A stretch of 64,000 bases of DNA from NCBI GenBank assembly GCA_004431415.1, contig QPMI01000411.1:1-64000 (forward strand), in the 5' to 3' direction. Origin of the DNA: Cyanophora paradoxa CCMP329 (lineage: Eukaryota; Plantae; Glaucophyta). The position numbers and the translations under genes were made by a program. A model generated the notes under the pieces. It did no database searches. It saw only the letters and a program-made list of their open reading frames with translations, and was not told where the DNA came from. Every line of letters starts with the position of its first letter. Position 1 is the first letter of the stretch. This document shows, one piece after another, positions 22,801 to 34,756 of the stretch.

Positions 22801-25566
22801 CGCCATCTTCTCCCCCCTCCTCCTCGCGCTCTGACGGGGCGGGGGTACAAGCTGGCGCGGGGGTACAAGCTGGAGGCGGAGGGGGAGCCGCTGAAGGTGA
22901 AGCTCGACCCCTCCGGCGTCTACTGCGCCACCTCCAGGCCCGCCCGCGCCCGCACCACCCGCGCATCCACCCGTCCTCCCGGTTTATCGCCTCTGAGCGG
23001 CGGCCGCAGCTCGGACAAGGGCGTGCGCCTCTACGACTTCTTCTCCGTGCGCTCTGTCTTGCGGCGAGAAGCTGCCCTCTTCTGATCCCCCGCTCCGCCT
23101 TCGCCCGCAGGGAGACTGCATCGCACGCGTGAGGCGCGCCTCCCCGGCCGGCCGCTTGCTCGCGCTCCTCGCCCTCCTGAGGCGCGGCCGCCGGCAGCGG
23201 GCACTCGGAGGTGGTGACGGGCCTGCGCTTCACGGCCGACTGCACCCGCCTCGTCACCGCCTCCGCCGACGGCACCGTCCGCCCCCTCCCCGCCCCGCCC
23301 CCTCCCGCCCCTTCTCGCGGCTAGCCGAGCGGGCGCGGGGCAGCTCTTCGTGTGGCGGCTGGCGCCGGAGCTCACGCGGGCCATGCGGGGGCGCCTCGCC
23401 GAGCTCAAGCCGCCCTCCACGCCCCGCGCCCCGCCCGGCCCCCGTGCGCCCCTCCTCTCCCTCCTTCGCGCAGCGCAGCTCCCCTCGATGACGACGGGCG
23501 GGGGCAGAGGGGGAGCCCGGGACGCCGGCGACGCCCGTGCCGGCGCCGCGCCTCGACGAGGGCCCCCCCGAGGAGGGCCTCGCCACCTCCCCCGCCCCCT
23601 CCGAGGGCACCAACCCCCTCCTCCTCTCGTGCCCCCGCCCCGCCCGAGGCGACGCGAGGGCGCGCTCACTCTGCCCCGCCGCAGGGTGACGAAGCTGCCG
23701 GCGTGGGCCAAGAAGAACGTGCTGGGGGAGGAGGCCGGCAAGGCGGCCCCGGCGGCGGCTCCGGCGGTGGGCCGCAGCAGCCTCTTCGCGGGGCAGGGGG
23801 CCGGGGAGTCGGCGTGGGCGCGGCGGGCGGCGGCGGACCCCTTCGCGGCGGGGCGCCCGGGCTCCTCCGAGCTCCGCCTCGACGACGTCGGCAGCGACGA
23901 GGAGGAGGGCGGCGGGGCGCGCAGGCGGCCGGCGCCGCCGGCGGTGGTGGGCGCCGAGGGGAGGACGCCGAGGAGATCCTATCGGAGGAGGAGGAGGAGG
24001 GGGAGGAGGAGGCGGGGCGGGGACGCAGTACTTCGAGGCGCCGCAGGAGGAGGCGGCGCGCCCCTCCGCCTTCGCCGTCACCGCCGAGCAGCCGGCCGCC
24101 GCCGCCGCTGCCGCCGCCGCCGCGCGGGAGGAGGCCCCCGAGGCGCCGCCGCTGCCGCCGCCGGCGTTGGCGCCGGAGTCGGTCAAGTCGGAGGAGGAGG
24201 CGGAGGCGGCGTTCGTGCGGGAGCACTTCGAGGGCCTCGCGGCGGAGGCGCAGGGGCCGCCAGCGGGCGCCAACCCCGCGGCGCGCCTCTCCCTTACCGG
24301 CCGCTTCCGCCAGCAGCAGCCGCCGGCCGCTGCCGCGGCCTCCCTGATGGCGACCGCCCCCGCGGCGGCGGCGGCGGCGGCGCTGGCGGCGTCGGCGGCG
24401 GCGGCGGGCGGCTCGGGGAGCTTTCGGACGAGGAGGAGGGCGGGTTCAGGTCGCTCAAGGAGGAGCGCGAGGCCCTCAAGCAGCGGCAGCGCCGCGACGC
24501 CTTCAAGGTGCGACCCGCCCTTCTTTGAGAGCTCGTGCATTCGTTGAGGGCGACTGCGGGCCGCAGGAGGAGGCGGAGAAGATGCGGAAGCGGCTGGAGG
24601 AGCTCGGGATCAAGCCGGCCGCCCCGCGGGCCGCCGGCGCCGGCCCCGCGGGGCCGAGCCCCTCTCCCGCGCCTCCTCCGCCGTCGGCGCCGGCACGGCC
24701 CCCAAGGCCCCGGCCCCGGCCCCGCGGCCCGCCCCGCCCGCCCCTGCCCCGCAGAGACGTCCAAGCCCCCGAGCTTCAAGCCGCCGCCGCCGGCCGGCCC
24801 GCCGCCGCCGAAGCCGCCGCCGCCGCCGGGGCTGCCGCCGGCCCTCGCGGCGGCGGCGGCGCTGGTGGCGGAGTTTGGCGCGTCGCCGCACAAGACCCCG
24901 CGCGAGGCGCCCGCCCCGCCGCCCCCGCACGAGGCGCCCCTCCCGCCCTCCCGGCGCCCCCGCCCCGCCCCCGCCTCCCGCCGAGCCCGAGCCCGAGCCG
25001 GAGGAGCCGGAGCCGCTTGCCTCGGCGGCCTCGGCGGGGGCGACTGCGACGGCGGCCGGCATCGAGCGGGCGCTCCACTCCTTCGACCCCTTCGCCTCCT
25101 CCTCCCTGGCCGCCGGCACGGGCGGCCCCGCCGCCCTCGCCCCCGCCCTCGCCCTCGCCTCCGTCGGCCCCGCCACGCCGCCCGAGGGGGCCCTCCCGCC
25201 GCCGCCCCCGCCGCCCCGCCCGAGCTGCCCCTCTCCGACTCGCCGCGCCTGGCGCCGGGGCCGGCGGCGGCGGCCGACGCGGCGGCCGTGCGGGCGGACG
25301 TGGAGCTGCTGCGGCGCTGCCTCGCGCGGCTGCTCCCGCTGAGCGGGGAGGCCCCCGTGCGGTCCGCCCTCGCCGAGGCCCAGCGCTCCATCGGGGACGC
25401 CCTCGGCTCGCCCCTCGACGCCTCGCAGTCGCTCGCCGCCTCGGGCGCGGCCTCGCTGCCGGCCGGGGAGCTCGCGGCGACCCTGGAGCGCTACTCGGAG
25501 CAGCTCGTCGCCCTCGTCGCCTCCAAGCTCGCCTCCCGCTCCCTCGACGCCCCCGCCCTCTCCTAG
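19882..25566 (+). CDS. WDR62/MAPKBP1-like WD40 protein with long low-complexity C-terminus
   Basis: LERVIGLT N-terminal motif, VAAGEAG, FATCSADGTVRLW, LATGDRAGNIR, LASASRDRIVHVFD, VTCGQDK, GHSEVVTGLRF. Confidence 0.88.
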
Positions 25567-25888
25567 CCCCGCCCCGCCCCCGCTCGCGATCGAGTTGCAA
25601 TTCTTTGACAGTGAACGCGCAATTCTAGGCTTGCAACTGTAGGCCGTCGCATACAGATCTAGCCATCAGGAGAAGGATCTAGCCATCGCTCCTGGGCTCG
25701 CCAAAAGCGACGCATGCAGCGCAGAGTGAAGTGGGGCGACTGTACCCCCCGCCACCACAAACTCGCGGCGGCCAACCTCACAACCTGCTGGACGCCTGTC
25801 GTTCTCGTCGTAGCTGCTTGGGCGTCCTTTAGCCGCAGCCGACTGCTGCGGCCTTGTTGTGCAATAGCCGAGCCAAGCGTAGGGAAAG

Positions 25889-28826
25889 ATGGTTCTGCAC
25901 AACGAGGAGGAGCTGCAGTATGTATACAGCCGGCAGCGAAGGCTGTTCGGCAGGGCGGCAAAGTTCCATGACCGCCCAGCGGAGATCATGGAGTCGATGT
26001 TCGTCCAAGCCCGCCCGCCAGCGAGACAGGCCACCGCTGACGGGCGCGCAGCGAGCCGGCGCCGAGGCTGGCAGAGGACTTCCTCGAGAGGCAGGTAGCA
26101 ACGATTGACGTCGTTTGCTACCCCGCCCAGAGCGAGCACGGTCCGCCCGATTCGCGGCTCGCGGCTGTGGCTCGCCAGCTCAGCGCGGGGCCCGAGCGCA
26201 GAGTGCAACACGGAGATTCAGGAGTACACTTCGTCGGGCATGCTGCACAAAGGTCGGCTTGGGGGCGGGGCCGCCGCCGACGCCCCAGCTGAGCGCGGCC
26301 GGGGGCGGCAGAGGGCGGCTGGCCGAAGGAGGTCGACGCGACGGAGATGGACCAGTGCATACGCTTCCGGAAGCGCGTGGAGAAGGACGAGGATTACATA
26401 AGGACGATCGTCGGGCTCGGCGACGCGCTCGACCACGCCCTCAAGCAGGTCCGAACCGCGCCAAAGCTGACCGCTCCGGATCCGCGCCGCCTCGTCCGAG
26501 GCGGGGTGAGCAGAACCTGGCGGTGGACGTGTACCAGGAGTACTTCGAGGGGCTCAAGGACGGGATCACGAGCGAGGCGCCCTCCGCCAAGACCCTCATG
26601 GTCTTCCGCGACCCCAGCCCCTACAAGCGCTCCGTCTCCTCCGTCTCCTGGTACGCCGACGGGCCCCGCCGCCTGGCCGTATCCTACGCCGTCCTCGAGT
26701 TTCAGGTGCCCCCGGCGCTCTCTTCCCCTCTTCCGCGCCCCGGGCCTTGCGTCTAACGACCCCGGATCGCAGCGGGCCCCCGAGGGGATGTCCCCCTCCT
26801 CCTACATCTGGTCCGCCCGCCCGCCAGCCCCCACTATCCCCCGCACCCGCCGATGCCGCCCCCGCCGTCCGCAGGGACGTGACGAACGTGCGGGCGCTGC
26901 ACCCCGGCGCCCTCCCCGCCCTCCCGAGCTCACGGTCGCGCAGCCGAACGTGCCGGAGCTGGAGCTGGCCCCCGCGTCGCCGCTGTGCTGCCTGGAGTAC
27001 AGCCCGCGGGACTTCCACCTTCTCGTGGGCGGCTCCTACAACGGCCTCGTCGCCTTCTGGGACGCCCGGCGGGGCTCGGCGCCCGTGGAGACCTCCCCCA
27101 TCGAGAAGAGCCACCGCGACCCGGTCCGCGCAGCCCCGCGCGAGCAGGCCTCGCTAGCTAGCTTCACTTTCCTCTCGCCAGCTAGGCCGGCTAGCCTCTC
27201 CCGCTGGCCCTCTCGCCGGCTTCGCTGAGTGCCGCGCTCGGGCGCAGGTGATGGACGTGGCGTGGCTGCAGAGCAAGACGGGGACCGAGTTCTCGTCGCT
27301 CTCGACGGACGGCCTCGTCTTCTGGTGGGACACGCGCAAGCTCGGCGAGCCGACCGAGTCCCTCCCGCTGGACGTGAAGGTCCGAAAGTCTACGGCAGGA
27401 AAGGCCGATCGAAGAGTTGCGTCTGACCTCGGGCGTGGCGGCAGGGGGACGGGGTGGTGCTGGGGGGCACAGCGCTGCAGTACGATGCGATCGGGGGGCC
27501 CACCAAGTTCTCCGTCGGCACCGAGCAGGGCCTCATCCTCTCATGGTCCCCCCGCCCCGTGCCCCCCGCTGAGCGCCCCGCGCGGCTAACCCCCTTGCCC
27601 GCTTGCAGCAACCGGAAGAGCAAGAACCCGTCGGACCGCGTGGGCACGGTCTACAGCGGGCACCACGGCCCCGTCTACGCCCTCGAGCGCCACCCCTTCT
27701 TCCCAAAATGTCCGCCCCGCCGGCCGGCTCCATTCGCCCCTCCGGCGCCGGGCGCGGGCGCTGAGACAGCGGCGGCAGACTTCATCTCGATCGGGGACTG
27801 GGCGGCGCGCATCTGGAACGAGGACCTGCGCACGCCCATCATGACCACCAAGTACCACAAGTGGGCCAGAATCCGCGCACCCCCGTCCCCTCCCGCGCTT
27901 TTCTCACTGTGCGCGCGGCGGCAGCTCGTACCTGACGGACGGGAGCTGGTCGCCGACGCGGCCGGGGGTCTTCGTGACGGCCCGCTCCGACGGCATCGTC
28001 GACGTCTGGGACTTCTTCTTGTGCGCCGGCCCGGCCCCTCGAGCAGCCTCCCCCGCTTGACGTCGTTCGTGGCTGCGCAGCAAGCAGAACGACCCGACGC
28101 TCTCGCTGCAGGTCTCCGACGAGCGGCTGGTCTCGCTGCGGCTCCACGAGCGCGGCAAGCTCCTCGCCGCCGGCGACGCCGAGGGCACCACCTACCTGCT
28201 CGAGGCGCGCCCCGCCCCCAGCCAAGGGAAGCGAGGCGAGGCGAGGGCTGAGGGGGCGGCAGCTGTGCGAGAGCATGCACGAGGCGTCGTCGACGGAGAA
28301 GGCCTCGATGGCGGCGATGTTCGAGCGCGAGTCGAAGCGGGAGAAGAACCTCGAGATCCGCGCCCGCGAGCTCAAGGCGCGGGGCGCGCGCAAGGCGCCC
28401 GAGTACCGCTTCGACGGCAAGGGCCGGGAGGTCCAGGAGATGATCGCCGACGCCGAGCGCGAGTTCTTCTCCTACGACCCCGCCCCGCCCCCCGGCCCCG
28501 CCCCGGGCTCCGGCCCCGCCGCCCCGCCCTCCCGCTCCAGCCCCTCCGTCTCCCCCGCCCCCTCCCACTCCACCCTGCCCCCGTCCGCCTCCCCCATCCC
28601 GCCGGCCGCCTCCCCCATCCCGCCCGCCCCGTCGCCACCTCTGCGGCCCGTGCCCCCCCCAGGCCAGCGGCCGCAGTCTGCGGCGTCGGTGCGGCGGCCG
28701 GGCTCGGCCGGCGGCCGCCGCCTCTCGGCCTCCTCCGCCGCCTCGGGGCCCCCGCCGCCCCCAAACGGGCGCCAGGCGTGGGGCGCCGCCGACGATTCGG
28801 ACGGCGAGGGCTACGAGCAGGTGTAG
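25889..28826 (+). CDS. DNAI2: Axonemal outer-arm dynein intermediate chain 2 (IC2/ODA6-type)
   Basis: [95 protein letters not shown]. Confidence 0.93.
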
Positions 28827-28931
28827 CGAGTGCTAGCCACCGGGCCGCAACTTCGGCCCGCAAGGCGGCAAGGGCCCCCGCGCGCGCTGGCGTGTGAATG
28901 TTTCTCAGAGGCGAACGTTCTTTCCGATTTA

Positions 28932-29017
28932 GACTTTCCTGGATGCCAGACGACGCGCGCGCCGATCGAGTCGCCGACTCGCCGCCGACTTTTCTGAATG
29001 CCAGACGACGCGCGCGC
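28932..29017. repeat. Two near-identical 31-bp direct repeats, 55-bp period
   Basis: gacttt(c/t)ctg(g/a)atgccagacgacgcgcgcgc at 28932 and 28987. Confidence 0.85.
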
Positions 29018-29406
29018 GTGGGAACGAACCGTGATCGCGGCGTACCCCTCCCCCGGCTGTTCGCAAGCCTTGAAAGCTGCTCGATCCGCGCGGCATAATC
29101 CGGCATTGGGGCAAACGTGTACGGGACCTACCGTACCTGCGCCAGCAGCTGCAGCCTGCAGGTAGCAACCTTAGCATGTGGAACCTGCGCGTGCAGCTCG
29201 CACTCTCATGATCAGCAGCAGCAGTGCACGTGCCTGGTAGCAAGCCGTGCGGGTTTCTCGGGGCTCGGGAGCGGGGCCCCGGCGCAGCCTAGGCCTGCGC
29301 CGGCAGGCAGCATATGCATTGCACCCGGTAGTCGGCCCGGACTGGCCGACGGGAGTACAAGCGGTAGTCGGCCGGCGGGCTCATCTGCTCCTGCTGTCAC
29401 AGTACC

Positions 29407-32400
29407 ATGAGCGCACACTACAAGCTGCATAGCTACGACACGGAACACTTGGAGCGGGTGCGAAGCATTGCGACATCGCGAAACCTCAGGCGCACGGAGC
29501 TCACGGGGCGCTCCGCGGCTGTGAATTCACGCGCCCGAGCTCGGCAGGTGTTCGCGCTGTCGATCGACGCTGTGCAGGACTTCGACAACCCGCGAACGGT
29601 GTGGCAGCCCGAGCTGGAAGCGCCGGGGGGGCTGACCGTGCAGTCACGGCACGCGCCCGAGTCCCCTGCCCAGGCCGTCCGCGGGCTGACCGACAGCGCG
29701 CGCGCGCGCTCTGACAGGGATGCCGACGACTCGTTCCGCTGGTATCGCGCCCTCTTCGCCCTGGACGTCCCCGCCAGCTTCGCGGCCCGCAACCTAGTCG
29801 TCGACTACTCCCAGGCGCGCGCCGCTCCCGCGTCCGCCCGGCCCGCTCGCCGGCGCTGAGGGGCCGGCGGGGCGCAGGAGGACGAGGGCTTCAACGTGAC
29901 CGAGGCCGTCGTGGACGCCTTCCCCGGCACGGAGGCGGACGCGGCGGACCCCGACGGGGTCGGCCGCCGCGTCACCTGCGTCTCCCACGTCTCCACCTAC
30001 TTCGGTGCGCCGCCCCGCCCGGGCCCCTGGAACCCCCTCGCCCTCGCCCTTCGCCGTCCTGAGCGGCGCCGCAGGCATCGAGATCAACGAGTTCGTGCTG
30101 TACGCCTCGCGCCGCCTGCCCGACGGCTCTGCCCTCGCCGTCAAGCCGACGGCGGCCCTAGTCGACGGCGTATGGTGCTTTGGCGCCGGCCGCGCGCCCG
30201 GTCGCGCTCGCTGATCGCGGGACTCGTCGCGCTCAGGACCTCAAGCCGCTTCCGGGAGAGGCTGCGCAGCCTCACCGTGTACCACGTGCGGGAGGCGGCC
30301 GGCTCGCGGCCCTTCGGCGAGCCCAGCCGCTGCTGGTGCGCCCCCTTCCGAGCGCTCCCGACGGGCAGCGCCGCTCACCTCACGCAGCGTCTCCGTCATG
30401 TTCTACTTTCAGAAGACGCCGCACCTGCCCGTCCTGAGGGTCGTCCCCGACTTCTGTGCGCCTCCCGCCTAGACCTACCTGCCCGCGCCGCGCCCAGGCC
30501 TGAGCTGCCGGCAGGGATCCGCCGCGTCGCCTCGCGCATCCTGGCGAACTACGCGCTGCGGATTAAGCGCGCGCTGCTGAAGCAGTTCGGGGCGCTGGCG
30601 GGCCCGCCGGCCGGCCTCCGCATGCGGATGCCCTTCGCGAGCGGCTCGACCTCGTTCTGCGCGAGGCCGGCGGGGGCCGGGGGGGGCGAGGCGCCCTGGT
30701 CGCCCATGGCGCACCTCGGCGAGCCCGACTCGCCCTTCGTCGTGCACGCGTGCGGCCTGCGCGCGGCGCAGGCGCAGCCGGCGGACGGGAGCGCAATGTC
30801 GAGCGAGGCGGCGAGCACCGAGCCGGCGGTGGCGGTGGCGACGGGGGCGGGGCCGAGCGAGGGGGCGGAGAGCGCGGAGGCGGAGAACATCAACGCGCTC
30901 TTCCGCAGGCTCGTCGGCACCGCGCCCGGCGGCGAGCCCCCCGGCGGGCAGCTGCAGGTGCCACCCGAGCGCGAGCGCCGCCGCGATCGAATCGGAGCCG
31001 CCTCCGTGACGCGCCGGCAGCCCCACTGGCGGGCGCGGGAGAGGCCGTTCGAGTTCGACTTCGGCAAGCCGCAGGTGCGGGAATCGCGGGGCGCGCCGGC
31101 CCCCGCCCCCCCTCCCCGGCGAGCGGGCCCCTCTGGCCTCAGATCCAGGAGGCGCTGCGGGCGAGCCTGGACCTCTCCCTCCGGCTCGCCAGCCTCTCGC
31201 TCGGCGAGGAGCGCCCCCCCGAGCGCCCCCCGCCCTTCTCCTCCCGCTACCCGCGCGGCGCCGGCGGGGGCGCCGGGACGCCCAAGGCCCGCTGCCGGCC
31301 CCGCGCCGGCGAGGAGGAGGCCCTCGAGGGGGCGCGGGGCGAGGAGGAGGAGCGCGCGCCGAGGCCGGCGCCCTTCGTATCCTGGGGGGTGCGCACCCCC
31401 CTCCCTACCCCCCCCACCCCCCCCCCTCGGGGGCGCTGACGGGTGAGAGCGCGGGGGCAGGTGCCGCAGCTGCCGGGAACGGGAACGGGCGGCGACGAGC
31501 TCCCCTTCAGCATCGGCGACCGGGGCCAGGACCAGGGCCCCGAGCCCCCGCCCCTGTACCTCGGCCCCCCTTTCGAAGCCCGCCCCGGCGGCCTGGCCGC
31601 CGCCGGCGGCCCGGGCGGGCTGTTCAAGCGGCCCTGGACGATGCACCCGGCGCGGGCGCGGGGGCGCGAGAAGCCCCGGTCCGGCGGCCCCCTCTCCTCC
31701 TCGTCTCATTCGCCCGCGCCCTCTCCCGCGTCCGCCCGCCCGCCCTGCCCCTGGCCGCCGCCCAGTTGACCGGTCCCGTCCGGCTTCGCAGGCGCCGTGC
31801 CCGGGGCCGCCACGCTTCTGCCGGCGGCTCCCCGCGCCGCGGCCGGGGCCCCGGCAGGCCACGCAAAGGCGCCGGCGGCCCGCCCGCGGCTCCAGGTGCG
31901 CACGCGGGACTTATAGGGGCTTCTCGGGTGCCGCATTCGATCGGCCCCCTAACTTCTCGGGTGCCGCATTCGATCGGCCAGATGCGCAGGCGGGGGAGGC
32001 GGAGGGGTCGGCGTCCGGGAAGGCCGAAGAGCCGGCGGAGGCGCCCTGCACCTGCCACTGCCACCTGCTCGAGCTCCAGGCCGCCGCCGCCCAGCGCCTC
32101 CCGGGGCTGCGCAAGCTCCGCCCCATCGTCCCCAGCACGCCCGTCCCCGTGCCGGCCCCAGGTGCCCCGGGCCCCGCGCCCCTTCCTCGCGCGCGCCCCT
32201 CGCCTCGCTCACAGGCGCCGTGTTCAGCTCCCTCCGCGGATCCCGCGGGCTGCACGCCGGCGGCGTCGATCGGCATCTCCACCCCGGGGTGCGCCGGCGG
32301 CCGGTGCGTGTGCCAGGCGAGGGCCGAGGCCGGCACCGGCGCCGGTATACTGGCGGAGCTCGGCGGCGCCGGCTCCGGCCCCGGCCTGCTGCAAGTAGCC

Positions 32401-32508
32401 GCGCTGCCGGCGGCGGCCGGCGCGAGCGGCGAGTGCCAGCAAGTGCACGTGCAGGTGCAGCTGCAGGGGGCGAGCTGCAGCAGCACGGGCAGCGGCGAGT
32501 CCTCCTGA
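29407..32508 (+). CDS. Protein with a START-like (helix-grip) N-terminal domain and a long disordered tail
   Basis: Spliced exons give FRWYRALFALDVP ... EINEFVLYASRRLPDGSALAV ... LPAGIRRVASRILANYALRIKRAL, resembling the START RDFV/DG and C-terminal helix pattern. 3' end uncertain. Confidence 0.5.
31920..31979. repeat. Perfect 27-bp direct repeat inside an intron
   Basis: cttctcgggtgccgcattcgatcggcc at 31920 and 31953. Confidence 0.9.
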
Positions 32509-33012
32509 GGGGTCGCCGCCGTAGCGCCCTCGCGGCTCTCGCGGCTATCGTACGCGTCCAGCGGAGGAGGCTTCCATCCCGCACTCTCAGACGGGGCCGT
32601 GGAGACAGCCACCTACCCGCGGCCGAGAGCTTTTCTTTTCCCGGCACGCGCCCCCGCGTGCCACGGTGGCCGCCATGGGCGCACTTTTTCTTCGGATCCT
32701 AGACGCCCTCTGCAGATCTAGCGTTCCGCTCTAGATCCGATGATCCGTTCTAGATCTGTATCATTCCATATGCTGTACTCTTTCTTTATGTAGTTGTCCA
32801 TAATTCGCTTGCCTTCTTGTGCAGTGCGATTGCGAGTAGCCCATTGCAAACGATGGACTTGCATTTGCAAGTCACTGTTTACTGCCGTAGTACTATAGCT
32901 AGTGCAATTGGTTCTTTAGCCATTGGAATTGCAAGTCAATTGGCTACTGTTTTGAGTCTCTCGCGTGTTTGAATTTCAATTGGTAAACGTAAATACCTGA
33001 TACGCGTGTCTA

Positions 33013-33077
33013 ATACGAATATGTAGTCCTATAGCTATTTTTGATCCCAAGGTTGATACGAATATATAGTCCTATAG
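33013..33077. repeat. 22-bp direct repeat
   Basis: atacgaatat(g/a)tagtcctatag at 33013 and 33056. Confidence 0.85.
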
Positions 33078-34022
33078 ATTCGCAGGTCTCCCCAGCTGGC
33101 AGTTCGAATTCGAATTCCACAACGTGTACGGAAGGGCATTCGGAGAAGCAAATAAAGGACCTCCGATGCCCCGAGGCTCATCGGCTCGCGCGCGCCGGCA
33201 GCTCAGCGGCTGACTATATATAGGCCTGCTTCCCAAAAACTCCGGAAAACAGCCTTAGAGGATCCAATGATCTGGAACCTCGGAATTCGAAAAGCGACTC
33301 CGCGCGCGGTGCCGTATCGATATATATAAAAGGGCCACTGACTTGCTGAGCGCGTCAGTTGGGTCCGGGGAAGGGAAATTAAAAACAACAGCTAGGCTGA
33401 AGGTGCGACGGCTCGACTTAAGGTTTGCAATTGGCAAATTCGGAGATCTAGATCTAAAGCAGGAAAAGGAAGAAACTCATGATCAAGGCTGGCCGCCGGG
33501 CCATATGCATGGCCTCCGGGCCGGCGCCAGGCAACTGGCAAGCTGTCTCAGAGTCTTCAAGTCTCAGCGACTGTTTTCTAGAAGAGGTAGGTATAGGACG
33601 CGGGGGGATGCGTACCTTGCCAAGTTGTGCCCGCGGCCGTGTCCCCATCGAGCTTGCCCCATCGACGTCGCGCGTGGCCAGAAGCTAGCGATGTCAGCCA
33701 TGGCTTACGCCGTGACGGGGCGCCGGCCAGCCGCGCCGACGGGCCAGCGCGCGCCGCGCGCGCGCGCTGGCTGCTCTTGGGTAAGCGGCCGAGGGGATCC
33801 ATAAGCATTGCGCATGCGCACAGCGCACATCGCTAGCGGGCGCCATGGCAGCGCGCGCAGCGGCTCGCGCATGCATGCGCCATGGCGTCGAGGGGCCGGT
33901 GGCGCGCGCGCCGCACGGACGTGGGCATGGCCGGCCGTAGGTGAAAGCTGGTGCGCATGCGGCCGGCTCGCTCAGTTGGCGCGGTTGGGTCGTGCGCGGC
34001 TGGCTCGGCTAGCTATATAGCA

Positions 34023-34097
34023 AAGAGCGAAAGTGTCGAACCGCGAGAGAAACTGCCGTGCTGCCGTGCGCGAGAGAAGAGCGAAAGTGTCGAACCG
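34023..34097. repeat. Perfect 21-bp direct repeat
   Basis: aagagcgaaagtgtcgaaccg at 34023 and 34077. Confidence 0.85.
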
Positions 34098-34756
34098 AGC
34101 GGAGCTGCGGCCGGAGCCACTGCGCATCGGCCAGTGGGGGGGGGGAAGAGGAATGGGGGTTCCGTAAAAAGACTTTTGCAGAGCGTTTCTGACTCTGCAA
34201 CGTGATTGGCTAGCACGCGCGGCGATCTCCTGCGCTACTGGGAGCGCGCCCGGCCTCGCTCTTGCAGTACGAAATGTCGGGCATAATGCCTGCAGCGACC
34301 TCGAATTGGTTTGGCTCGTATATCTGCTCCCTGTGCGTCGCTGGATCCGTTTTTGTCCCGGGTGTTGGTGCCTGTTCCTGGGTCACCCTTTGGTCGGACG
34401 GGACCGGGAGACATGGTTTCGGAATTCCCTTGTGATGGGCTTTCAGGATATACCGCGCGGCCCGGGTTTTGCGGAGGTCGGGGAAATGAGATTTGGGGTG
34501 GGGTTGGGCCCGAGGGACAGGGACAGGGGAAGTGTTTTTCCCTTCCCCAATAGGACCGGGGGTTGACAACGGCTTCGTATTCATGATCATGATCAGTTGC
34601 AAAACTTGAAACCCCGATGTATCTACACCCGACTGCTGTACATGCCTGGCGCCCCTAGGTGGCGACACCCTCACCTCACGGCGACACCCGCCCAACCGGC
34701 CGCGGTGGCGGGGTCGTGCGCGCCGCACCACGGCGGGGCGGGCGACGCCGCCGCGC

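Noticed and set aside
33343-33804. 153-aa ORF as a transposase remnant
   Set aside because: No DDE, zinc-finger or other recognisable motif.
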